A stretch of 64,000 nt of DNA, from positions 17,980,001 through 18,044,000 of the forward strand of contig NC_043015.1 in the NCBI RefSeq assembly GCF_006345805.1, read 5' to 3'. Made by a program: the position numbers and the translations under genes. The notes beneath the pieces are model-generated. The model did not search any database, had not been told where the DNA came from, and saw nothing but the letters and a program-made list of their open reading frames with translations. Shown here in pieces: positions 40,387 to 52,787 of the stretch. Every line of letters begins with the position of its first letter. The stretch's first letter is position 1. The stretch is from Octopus sinensis (taxonomy: Eukaryota).

Positions 40387-41159
40387 GAGAAAAGGACAGA
40401 CAGACAGAAAAAAAGGAGGACGTTTTATTTCAATGAGTTCAAGCAAGATAAATGTAATATAGTAAGAGAGGGGGAGGCAGACAGACTTACAAAGAGAGAG
40501 CAGACTACGTCAAAACTGCTTTCAACATCACACTAACAGATCGCAGTAACGTTTTACATATGAAAACAAGCAATCTCATTGGTTAAAATTCGCAGTTTTA
40601 ATCTACGATTAAAGTCATAAAATAGATTTTTCTCAAATAAACTAGTTCCAATTGGCGAATAAACTAGTTCCACTCTATGAGTACACGAAGTTTCAAATTA
40701 TTTAGTTAACTAGAAAGATCTGGGGTCCTGGCCACGATATTGAAAAGAGCCGAAATTATCTGAAAAAGATTATTACAGTAAGTTAAATGAATAAAAATTT
40801 AAAGAGAAAAGTATATAAAATAAAATTATACCCAACTATGAAAATTGTATAGAAAATGTAAAAGTCAATATAGTCGTCCATGATAATTGCAGGAGCATGA
40901 TATGAATCCAATCTGGTAACTAAACCACATTTTCGTGAATCATTCCAAAAGGTAATTTAACATCCAACATATACCGTGTCTCCATGCACGGTATACGCAT
41001 CTTAAGCAATGACCCACACACACACACCTGACCCCCTCGTCAAGATGAACAAAATTTTAAAGGGCTATAGATTTTAAATTTACTGTAAGGGCCTGAACTG
41101 CTATTTATAATACAACTTTTAACTGGATTAGTCCAAAAATTCTACGAAAACACACAGAC

Positions 41160-41240
<81 letters not shown>

Positions 41241-41523
41241 ACTTAATAAATACAAGGGTAAAAATTATTAAAAAGTTTATATCAGTAGTTAGCAAGTGTA
41301 ATAAAAGTCAGAAGACATGAATATTTTAAAATATAACAGTGTATGAAATATACAGAGAGAAAGCCACCGTGTGGATTTCTTACATGCAGACCAAAGCCCA
41401 AAACAACAAAAGAACATTCTTAGATTAAAGAACATTGTTTGTACACACGCAAGACATTTGAGTGGATAAAAATTTCAGTTAACCTTATACTCATGAGTTT
41501 CACTATTAATGACAAAATAAATT

Positions 41524-41772
41524 GCAGGAGTGGCTGTGTGGTAAGTAGCTTGTTTACCAACCACATGGTTCTGGGTTCAGTCCCACTGTGTGACACCTTG
41601 GGCAAGTGTCTTCTACGACATCGCTTGATAACTGATGCTGGTGTGTTTACGTCCCCATAACTTAGTGGTTCAGCAAAAGAGACTGATAGATTAAGTACTA
41701 GGATTACATTGCTTGACTAAAGGCGGTGCTCCAGCATGGCCACAGTCAAATGACTGAAACAAGTAAAAGAAT
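41524..41772 (+). mobile_element. SINE family A, internally deleted, inserted into the inverted HHR unit
   Basis: GCAGGAGTGGCTGTGTGGTAAGTAGC...CAAATGACTGAAACAAGTAAAAGA. Confidence 0.85.
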
Positions 41773-41810
41773 AATAAGTTAATTAATTAGTCATCTGTAC
41801 ATTTTACAGT

Positions 41811-41908
41811 AACCTTACTGACGAGCTACAGATGATTAATCAATCAATTAATTAACTTAGTAGTTGATTTATTTGGTCATTAATGATAAAACTCATGAGT
41901 ATAAGGTT
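41811..41908 (+). ncRNA. Type I hammerhead ribozyme motif (this copy carries G12A)
   Basis: AACCTTA-CTGACGA-GCTA..63-nt stem II..TGAT-AAA-ACTC(AT)GAGT-A-TAAGGTT: perfect 7-bp stem I, palindromic stem III, GUA site; sister copies have intact GAAACTCATGAGTATAAGGTT (42250-42270; 41481-41501 minus). Confidence 0.8.
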
Positions 41909-42317
41909 GACTGAAATTTTTATTCACTCAAACGTTTTGCTCGTGTACAAACAACATACTTTAATGTAAGTGTTTTTTCATGGTTTTGGGCTTTGGACTG
42001 CCATTTTTTGCATGTAAGAAATCCACATAGTGGCTTTCTCTCCATATATATTTCACACACAATTATATTTTAAAATATTTGTCTTCTGACTTTTATTAAG
42101 GGTAAAAATTATTGAATAATTTATATCAATTATTCAATAATTTTTACCCTTGTAAAATCTTTAAATTCTTCAGCCGGATGGTATGTTTAAATATATGAGC
42201 TATGGATGACTAATTAACTCATTGGTTGATTTATTTAGTCATTAATGGTGAAACTCATGAGTATAAGGTTAACTGAAATTTTTATTCACTCAAATATCTT
42301 GCTTATGTATAAACGTA

Positions 42318-42541
42318 TGTAGTGATAAGGTTCAGCACGACACCTTTATACCAAAGGGATACCAGATAACCACTTATTGTTACTGTTACCACATTAGAGA
42401 ATAAAGTAGTATATATATTATTTACGTCTGCGTCTTGTTGTTTCTGACTGGTAGAATTCTGGATTATTAAAGCAACGGCTAGTGATTGCTTTCTTGTACC
42501 CCGAAAGTACAAGAGAAGATATATTCACTAAGTTCGTTACA
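42318..42541 (+). mobile_element. Probable solo LTR (224 bp)
   Basis: TG...CA termini (TGTAGTGA / CGTTACA), 4-bp direct repeat CGTA on both sides, internal AATAAA; absent from the three sister units of the array. Confidence 0.7.
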
Positions 42542-42732
42542 CGTACTTCAATGTAAGAATGTGTTTTCATGGTTTTGGACTTTGGTCTGCCATTTTTAGC
42601 ATGTAAGAAATCCACATGGTGGTTTTCTCTCCGTGTATATTTCACACACTATTATATCTAAAAATATTTATGTCTTCTCACTTTTATTATGTATAAATTA
42701 TTTAATAATTTTTACCCTTGAATTTATAAAGT

Positions 42733-43626
42733 TACCTGTGCATACCTTCCTTCTTGTGACACTTGTGAAGACCTGTTGAGGCAAGTGAAAATCAAATCAA
42801 ATCAAAACAAATCAAAATAGATGAACATCAATGGAATTTGTATCTTTGTGGTACCAGTGCCGGTGGCACGTGGCACATAAGAAAACCATCCGAACGTGGC
42901 CATAGCCAGTACCGCATCGACTGGCCTCCGTGCTGTGGGCACGTAACAAGCACCATCCGATCGTGGCCGTTTGCCAGCCTCATCTGGCACCTGTGTCGGT
43001 GGCACATAAAAAACACCATCCGAGCGTGGCCGTCTGCCAGCCTCGTCTGGCACCTGTGTCGGTGGCACATAAAAAACACCATCCGAGCGTGGCCGTCTGC
43101 CAGCCTCGTCTGGCACCTGTGTCGGTGGCACATAAAAAACACCATCCGAGCGTGGCCGTTTGCCAGCCTCATCTGGCACCTGTGTCGGTGGCACATAAAA
43201 AACACCATCCGAGCGTGGCCGTCTGCCAGCCTCGTCTGGCACCTGTGTCGGTGGCACATAAAAAACACCATCCGAGCGTGGCCGTCTGCCAGCCTCGTCT
43301 GGCACCTGTGTCGGTGGCACATAAAAAACACCATCCGAGCGTGGCCGTCTGCCAGCCTCGTCTGGCACATGTGTCGGTGGCACATAAAAAACACCATCCG
43401 AGCGTGGCCGTTTGCCAGCCTCGTCTGGCACCTGTGTCGGTGGCACATAAAATCACCCACTACACTCTCGGAGTGGTTGGCGTTAAGAAGGGCATCCAGC
43501 TGTAGAAACACTGCCAGATCTGACTGGACTGGTGCAGCTTTCGGGCTCCCCAGACCCCAGTTGAACCGTCCAACCCATGCTAGCATGGAAAGCGGACGTT
43601 AAATGATGATGATGATGATGATGATG
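42733..43626 (+). mobile_element. RTE 3' UTR copy with an expanded 63-bp VNTR (~9 units)
   Basis: Unit CATCCGAGCGTGGCCGTCTGCCAGCCTCGTCTGGCACCTGTGTCGGTGGCACATAAAAAACAC (period 63: 43021, 43084...); (GAT)n tail. Confidence 0.95.
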
Positions 43627-44369
43627 AAATATTTAAATTCTTTGGCCGGATAGTATACATTTGAATTTATTCACTGCTATACTACTCTGGCTTGACACGT
43701 TGCTTGAAGGCATTTGATTTGAATTCTTGATGTATAAAGATGGAACTGAATGTACATGTGCTTGCTTTGTGTTTTCCGTATGTATTCTAGTCTTATATTT
43801 ATACATTTTACAACGACTTTACTGATGAGTTACAAACGACTAATTAATCAATTAGTTAAGTTATTAGTTGATTCATTTGGTCATTAATGGTGAAACACAT
43901 GATTATAAGATTGACTGAAATTTTCATTCACTTAAATATCTTGCTCACATACAAACGACATGTAAGAATGTTTTACAAGGTTTTGGGCTTTGGTCTGCCT
44001 TTTTAGCATGTAAGAAATCCACACGGTGGTTTTCTCTTCATATATATTTCATACACTACTATATTTGAATACACACACACACACAAATATATATAAATAT
44101 ACTTTTTTTTTAGCATCAGTAATGCTTACACCCACAGTGCTCATAACGCTTATAATTACAACGCCCCAAACACTTTCATATATAGAATGCTTCCTTATTC
44201 CCACCTTACAGTACAGGCAACAACCTTAACAATTCTAACATATTTGAATGATGGTAGGTTAAAAGCAAGAACAACTATTATGATGTCTGTGACCAAATGA
44301 TCATGGGAACCTTCTTTTCAGGTGCTGAATATCATCTCTCCTTCCTGTGTTACCTCTTTTTCCCAGTTT

Positions 44370-47300
44370 TCAGAGTTGGCACTGTAAATGTAGGAACATT
44401 GAAAGGTAGGTCTAGCAAGATTGTAGAGATGCTTGAACAGAGACGTGTTGATGTACGTAGCATGGAGAGGAGCTTCAACAAGAGTCCTCACAGGCAAAGC
44501 ACATAGGTATAAACTCTTCTGGGAAGGTAATAGTGTTGGAATACGGGTTGTGGGCATAGTTCTTGCAGAAAAATGGGTGGATAAGATCATAGACGTAGTG
44601 AGGATGTGTGATAGACTACTTAAATTCAGGCTAGTCTTGCAGAATGGCATGGCTACAATTATCTCTGCCTACGTCCCACAAATGGGCTTACTGAATGAAC
44701 AGAAGGATCGCTTTTATGATATTACTCTGTAGGCTACCGCAAAGACGAGTGACAATGATTTCATCTTTGTGGCCAGAGATTTTAATGTGCATGTTGGACA
44801 GCAACCTGGTATCTTCCATTGGGTACATAGGAGCCATGGAATTGGAAGAGGGAACTAGGCTCCTGGAGCTCTGTGATGCAAATAACCTATTGATCTGCAA
44901 CACCAACTTCTGAAAGCCTGTTAGCCACCTGATAACCTATCAATTAGGTGACTCTGCTAGCCAGATTGATTTAATTCTCAACAGACAGCAGGATGCATGG
45001 TTGCTCTTAAATACAAAGACCCTCCCTGGTGAAGAATGTACCCCCCAGCATAGACTAGTTATTAGTGACTTTAGACTTGAGGCCAGAGGGATACCAAAAA
45101 GCAGACCAATCTGGAAAAGAATGACTTGGAAGTTTAAGAACCCTTCACATGATCAGAGATTTAGGGATATACTTACTGAGTAATTTGATGATATGGAGCA
45201 GGAGCTACAGTCCTGTGATATAGAAGGCAGCTGGGAATTCCTGCGAGACAGCTTGCTGAGTCCCACAGACCAAATCAGTGGCTGGTGCAAATTCCCTTCC
45301 AGACCTAGGGTAACATGGTGGTGGAACAATACTGTAGATAGGGCCATTAGAGCAAAGAAACAGGCTTGGAAGGACTGGAAGAGTGGGGGTAGTCAGAGAA
45401 TCTATCAGATAGCCAAAAGGGAAGCTAGGGAACAGTTATATATAGCAAAAAAAAAGTTGGCCAATGTTCAGCGACATGAAGACCAAAGAACTGAAGTATT
45501 TTGGATTGCAAGACAGTGTGTGACAGAAAACCGTGATGCCACAGGAGAGAAATGTGGCCATCTGGATGATGGTACCTTTGTGTTTAATAATTCTACAAAG
45601 AAAGAGGCTTGGAGATGTCATTATGAAAGACTGCTGAATATGGAAAATGAATGGGAGGAGGAGAGTCTGCCAAAGGTTGACCCAATTGAGGGAACGCCTA
45701 CCCGAATTGACAGTACCCTGGTAGATAAAGCAATTAAGGATATGAAGACAGGGAAAGCACTTGGTCCATTAGGAATCACCGATGAGATGCTCAAAATATT
45801 GGGCAGTGTGGGTTATGGTCTTGTCACCTGCATCATAAATCAGTTAGTTCATGAAGGAGTCATATCCAATGACTGGTGTAGCAGCACCATAATCAACAGG
45901 ATTAAAGGTAATGCATTAGATTGAAATAACTACAGGGGTATCAAATTAATGGATCAGGTGATGAAAGTTACAGAGGGTCATAGCCCAACTAATTAGGGAG
46001 AGTGTTAGCCTAGATGAGATGCAGTTTGGTTTTGTGCCAGGCAGAGGCACCACTAATGCTATATTTCTGGTAAGGGAATGACAGAAGAAATATCTAGCCA
46101 AAGATAAACCTCTGTACTTGGCTTTTGTTGACTTGGAGAAAGCCTCTGACAGGGACTCCTGATCACTTATCTGGTGGTGAATGTGGAAACTGGGGATAGA
46201 TGAGTGGTTGGTAAGAGCTGTACAAGCCCTGTACAGGGATGCTGTCAGTAAGGTGAGGGTTGGCAATGAGTATAGTGAAGAATTTCGAGAAGTTGGGGTT
46301 CACCAAGGATCAATCCTCATCTCCCTCTTATTCATGAAAGTCCTCCAGGCAATAACAGAGGAATTTAAGACAGGATGCTCCTGGGAGCTCCTCCATGCTG
46401 ATGACCTTGCTCTAATAGCCAAGTCACTGCCAGAACTAAATACAAAGTTTAGGGTGTGGAAGCAAGGTCTAGAATTGAACAGCCTTAGGGTTAAACTAGT
46501 AAAAACCAAAATCTTAGTAAGTAGGAAGGCTGTCAAATGACAAACCCCTTCAGGTAGATAAGGCATGGGTAGAAACTCCATACGATGTACCCGGAGTAGG
46601 CTATGGACACATAAAAGGTGCAGCAATATAAAAGGAAGGTTAATTGTGAAGATAGGTTTTGTATGTGGCAGATGCACAGGGGCAATAAACACTGAAGATG
46701 TACAGAAAATAGATTCCATCATATGCCAGGAGAAGAAACCAGAAGTAGTTAATAGCTTCTGCTACCTAGGCGACGAAGTCTACAGTCGGGGTGTAGACTG
46801 TATGATGCATGTGTGCAAACAGTCATGCTACACGGTAGTGAAGCATGGGCCCTGATAGCTGAAGACATGCATAGGCTTGAAAGAAATGAAGCTAGTATGC
46901 TCCACTGGATGTATAATGTCAGTGTGCATACACAGCAAAGTGTAAGCACCCTGGGAGAAAAGTTGGGCACAAGAAGCATGAAATGTGGTGTGCAAAAGAG
47001 GACTGCGCTAGCATGGTAATGTGTTACTTATGGATGAGGACAGCTGTGTGAGGAAGTGCCACTCCCTAACTGTGGAAGGAACCTGTCAAAGAGGTAGACC
47101 CAAGAAGACATGGGATGAGGTAGGGAAGCATGACCTTTGAACATTGGGTCTCATAAAGGCAATGACAGGAGAGCGAGACCTTTGGAGATATGCTGTGATT
47201 GAGAAGACCTGGCAACTCAAGTGAGGTTGCAGCCATGCATGTCCAGCCAAGTTAAGAGTACTCCTGATGCATTGGGTGATATGATATGCTTGAGTAGACC

Positions 47301-47722
47301 TTTTGAGTCAAGTAAAACCAATATCATAGCTGTGGCCAGTGCCCCCTGACTGTTCCAGTGGCACGTATAAAGCACCATCCAAATGTGGCTGATGCCAGTA
47401 TCCACTAACTGAACCCTGTGCTAGTGGCACATAAAAAGCACCATCTGAACATGACTGATGCCAGTACCCACTGACTGGCTGACTGGCCCCCGTGCCAGTG
47501 GCACATAAAAAGCACTATCCAAACGTGATCAATGCCAGGCCTGCCTCAGTGGCTCCTGTGCCAATGGCACATAAAAAACACCCACTACACTTTCAGAGTG
47601 ATTGGCATTAGGAGGGGCATCCAACTGTAGAAACATTACCAGATCAGATTGGAGCCTGGTGCAGCAGCTGGGTCTCTAGACCTCAGTCAACCCATGCCAG
47701 CATGGAAAACATACATTAAACA
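44370..47722 (+). mobile_element. Near full-length decayed RTE LINE
   Basis: APE start RVGTVNVGTLKGRSSKIVEMLEQRRVDV; RT fragments GVHQGSILISLLF and ELLHADDL; 3' UTR; many stops and frameshifts; same family as 23842. Confidence 0.93.
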
Positions 47723-50065
47723 GAGTAGGACTGAACCCGGAACAATGTGGTTGGTAAGCAAACTACTTACCACATAGCCACTCCTGTGCCTATGTTGGTA
47801 AAGTTTTAATCAATTTTAATATGCTGCTTTAAATCCTTATTTTTATATCAGAGAAATGTATTTTTATGGCTGACTGAACACATAGTCCCAGTAAACAAAA
47901 TATAGTAGCTTCCCCACAGGACTGTAGATTCAAGAAAAAAAAAACAGTAATACAGGTACCAACATAATTGTATAGTGAAAATGTTTGTGCTATAACCTTG
48001 CAATTCTAGGTTTGGTTTCATAGTAGAGCACCTTGAGCAAATGCCTTCTGACAACAGCCTACAGTTGATTAATGCCTTCAGTGAAATTTGATAGAAACAG
48101 TAAGGATACTGTCTCTGTCTCTGTGAGTGTCTCTCTCTCTCTCTCTCTCTCTCCCTCTCTCTTTCTCTCTCTGTGTGCGCGCGCACGCGCATAAAAGTAC
48201 TCAGTAGTTCTTAAGTGATTGGTAATTGATTCAAGCAGCCATGATATCTGGTTTGAGAGGGTTTTTTTAGTCTTATTGATAGCAAAGCAACCTCTATACT
48301 ACTGGTGCTACAAATGCACCCAGCACACTCTGTTGAGTGGTCAGTGTAAAGAAGAGCATCCAGCCCTAGAGACCATGCCAAAGCTAAGACATTGGAGCAA
48401 AACCTGGTTCTCAGATCTGTTGAACTCTCAGACCTATGTTGGCATGGAAAGAATTTGTATGATGACAACGATAAATATATACCTGTGTCTGTTTACATTT
48501 ATGCTACTTAAAGGTGTGATGTTGTTAAAGTACCATGACAAAGCAGTTAAAAAAATACACAAAAAATAAACACCAAACCAAACCAAACCAAACACTTGAA
48601 GATTACTGGTTATTGGACTGCAGCTCCAGCATGACTACGATCCAAAGAAGAATTAAATGAACACAACTTTCTTCCATTACAACTTAATTTTCTTACATCT
48701 ACTTTTACATCTTTTATTTTGTTCCACATATAGAAGCAAAATATCATTTTAGATAAGCACATATGAAATATTCATTTATAGCAATTGATAATTAATTGTA
48801 CTAAGATGCATGCTTTAAGTGATTGACAATTTGACAAAAAAATTAGTTCAATCAAATAACTAGTCTTCACTGGTCCCATCTCCATTAACCAGTATCCCTA
48901 TCAATGACTCCCTCTCTCCTTCCATCACCACCATCAGTTTAACTGCTACTTCATCACAGTATTTCACATGTATGTGCGTAAGTATATGATTATATATCTG
49001 TAAATTGCCTTTCTCCTATCTTCACCACTACTGCATTTTTTCAAGTAAAACCCTTTTCTCTCTCGCTTCAATTAACCACTTAACTACATTCCCTTATTTT
49101 CCAATGCTAAACACCTCAACTAATCACTTTACAGCTTAACATACACTAGCATATTAATATTATAGATGTTTTGAATGTTGTTCCCTAGTTATGTTACAAA
49201 GATAGTCTGATGCATTAATACGATAAAGCTAATGCTTAACATTCATTTTTCTATTGTGATGAAGGTTGAATAGGTTTGCACAGTTACATATTCTTGCTTG
49301 TGACATTTGCTGTCTGTGGTAAATAATTTGTCCCAGGCCTTCTTTAATAGACTTCTATTTATTCATAAACCCTTTTCACCCAGAATTTCTCTCTCTCACA
49401 CACAAACAAAATGCAACAAACTCAACTGCCTGTTAAAGCCATACAGCACATTCACTTAATTCTTATGGCTACAAGTTTCACAATCGTATAACCAACATTT
49501 TTGAAAACTTTTAAATACAAACAATCCCTTTCAGGTAAACATTCATTTCCTAAACTATGTTGGGTTTTACCTGAGTTGTAACTCCCAGAAATTATAAATA
49601 CTAGTTCCACCACTAAAATATTAGGGTATTTTTTACCACTAACCTCTTTGAATTCACAGAATTCATCTTTCATTGCCATGATGTTGGGCAAGTTTAAAGA
49701 TTTTAAAATATTCTAATTTTATTTAAAATAGCAATTTGTCAGCCCCTTTTAAATTCTTATCCCCTATCCATCAACCACTACTACTTCTATGAGAAACACT
49801 GAACCAAAGTATAGATGTTATATTAATATATATAATATTGTACATTACAGACTTTACTGTATATCATAAAAGTTAAATATATATGCATACATACACAAAA
49901 AAATCACACACATGTGAGGGTGTGTGTATGCATGTGTGTGTGTGTTTATATATATATATATATGTATGTATACTCACACATTCAGGGACACACACACATA
50001 TCTGCAAAAGCAAAGTAATGCAAGTTGACTATGACCTTAGCTTTAATCTTGTACTTTTATATTTC

Positions 50066-50306
50066 AGGATTAGGACACTTCTTCAGAAAACCTTTGGAGA
50101 TTTTGTGTGGCAAGCTAGCTTTTCTGCTCTGTATGTGTGAATATGCATGTATATATAGAGGCTGTATTGTACAAAGCTGATTGGCTACTATAACAATGCT
50201 ATCCTGCGCATACAAAGCAACCGTCATATACACACAGTACATAGCAGAAAAGCTAGCTTGCAAAATCAAATCTCTGAAAATTACCCGAAGAAGGGGTCTT
50301 AACCCC
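50066..50306. mobile_element. Small MITE-like inverted repeat (~60-bp arms)
   Basis: CTTCTTCAG..GCAAGCTAGCTTTTCTGCT mirrors AGCAGAAAAGCTAGCTTGC..CCGAAGAAG. Confidence 0.65.
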
Positions 50307-50329
50307 AAAATATTGACTTATTTTTTCTT

Positions 50330-50829
50330 AAAACTCATATTGTTTTCCAGTTCTATATTTAAGAGATGAGGAATTATGTACATTATTTACAATCGACGGA
50401 TATTTGTCCTCATCGTCTTTGTTAACACAACGTTCCGGCTGATATACTCTCCAGCCTTCATCAGGTGTTTTGGGGAAATTACGAACCTGGGTTCTCATTT
50501 CTAAGGTATTTTTCAATGCTGTTGTTATTATTATTATTATTCAGGTCTCTGCCTGGAATCGAACTCAGGATCTTGGGGTCAATAGCCCACGCTCTTAACC
50601 ACTATGCCATATATCCACGGGCATATGGCATAGTGGTTAAGAGCGCGGGCTACTAACCCCAAGATTCCGAGTTCAATTCCAGGAAGAGACCTGAATAATA
50701 ATAATAATAACAACAACATCCAGGTTCGAAATTTCCCCAAGACACCTCAAGAAGGCTGGAGGGTATATCAGCCAAAACGTGTTAACAACAAACAAGATGA
50801 GGACAAATATCCGTCGAATGTAAATAATG
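50330..50829. mobile_element. Head-to-head palindrome of a tRNA-derived head + (AAT)n + hammerhead-bearing tail
   Basis: Centre ~50616; heads TGGCATAGTGG (A-box) and GAGTTCAATTCC (B-box); HHR motifs at 50424-50469(-) and 50741-50783(+). Confidence 0.85.
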
Positions 50830-52787
50830 GTCATACGGTTTTCATTTTTCAAAAACAAATTAAAAACATCTATATCTATATCAGACAGTGCTTCATATAA
50901 ATTACATAAATTTATGTTTGTAGACCCATGTAAATATATTCAACCCTCATAATTATAGGTATATGCAGTGTGTGTGTGCACACACACACATACACACACA
51001 CACACACAAAACATTATACAAGATACGAGTATCAGAGATAGAACTCAATAGTCTGTAGAGAGGACAGATATGTTTATTACATAAAAAGAAATGATAGTCT
51101 ACATGAGTTCTATCGATCATTTGGCTGTTTATGATTGTGGCTGAAATGGAGGGACTTGTAGATGTATATTTTATATCTATACACATGCCTTTCTGTTTTT
51201 ATTTTATACGGACAATATGTAATTTTTATTAAGACAATGATAACAAACATTTGAGGTACATGTTTAACAAACCACAACTAACAATAACTGCAAAAAAAAA
51301 AAACACTCAACACAATTCTATTAAATTAGATTTTTAAATATATATATTTAAATATGTGGCTATAAGTGTGTATTTGTAAACCTGTAGAGTGGATGTATTT
51401 GCATGAGAGAAATCATTTCTATATAGTTGTATATATAAGTGTGACCTAACTATGTGTGCCACTTCATATACCTGCACAAACATGCACCCTAAGGAACAAT
51501 ATATGCTTTTAAATACTCACCAAGTCCTTGAACACTTTGTTCAAGGACATAGTAAGTATTAGGGAGAAATTTTATTTACATTCCTCTCAATACTTCAAAT
51601 TCTGAAATACAATTAACAAAACTACTAATCCAGAAACTTTCAACCTTATAAATACAAGTCCCTATTTCATCTACAGACTCAAACAACCAGCTGTTGGGTG
51701 AAACTCAGATAGATTCATTTTTATATAGTAAACATGTGTGTGTGCGTGTGTGTGCACAATGCATATGTGTATGTGTGAATCTTTACACACATATACACTT
51801 AAAAAGTAATAAATACATAAAATAAAATATTGTTGTCTATTATACAAGGTGCTCATAAATTACCTTTACAATTTCAAAAATTCAGAAAAAAATGAAAAAT
51901 AAGGGTAACTCAGCAGAGTTTACTGCAAAACAGATGAACAAATTTTATTAGACACATCAGAACAATTTCACATGGGCTCGATTGGTTGTGAAGAAGTTGA
52001 ATGAGGGATCTCAACTTTATTAGAAACAAAAAATTGTGTAAGTTGTAAAGATAATTTATGAACACCACAAGAGATCCCTTGAAAAGCAAGTAAGGATTAA
52101 CAACAGAGAGCAACCAGCTATAAAACAATGCCATGACAAAATATTCTTTCAACCTATGCTAGCCTGGAAATACAGATAGTAAATGAACAAAGAAACATAT
52201 ATTATATACACTGCTGCATGTTAAATATAGGTCAGTATTTTTATAGCAACTACAATATATTATATAAACATACAACTATAAAAGCCCATACTTTTAAAGT
52301 GCATCAATCCCAGTATATTGAACTGTTCTATATTATGCAATATATTATATAAACGATACTATATCATACACAAAAAAGTTAGTTATATTAAATTAGTGTG
52401 TGTGTGTTTATGTATATACAACAGTATTAGAACAAGACAAATGTGGCAGTATATGTGCAAGAAAGAGATCAAAGAGTGTGTACGTGTATATTCATTCTTT
52501 TATATGTCTGTAGAATATAAAAATACAAATATAACTACAACATTAAGATTTAGGATTTTAGTTAGTTAATCATCATCTAATTGTAAACCTTTCATGAGTA
52601 CATTAGAATATTACACATCTGGAAACTAACAAAAATTCTCTGGATTATAAAAGATTTCTGAAAAGAATTGGCTTTTATGATTCTTCAGCACCAAATTATA
52701 TAAATAATTTCAAGGGACATTCAACAAAATCATTGTCAAGGATGGCTAAGATGATGTTAATTGTCAAACCATATATGGAAGACAACA

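Larger units (their letters stand above)
41245..44075. repeat. Hammerhead-ribozyme-containing repeat array: one inverted plus three forward units, interrupted by a SINE, a solo LTR and an RTE tail
   Basis: Shared body (GGGCTTTGG(A/T)CTGCC..GCATGTAAGAAATCCAC..GGT(G/T)(G/T)TTTTCTCT) in units at ~41250-41520(-), ~41811-42190, ~42195-42730 and ~43810-44075. Confidence 0.85.

Noticed and set aside
40970-40995. Hairpin as a Helitron 3' terminator
   Set aside because: No CTRR at the expected distance and no matching TC 5' end
42802-43602. 191-254 aa ORFs in several frames, and a CRISPR-like appearance
   Set aside because: They arise from a stop-poor 63-bp tandem repeat in an RTE 3' UTR; there are no unique spacers and no cas genes
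50540-50690. Two functional tRNA genes
   Set aside because: No acceptor stem, unusual ACT anticodon without a Ser variable arm, and directly fused to repeat tails
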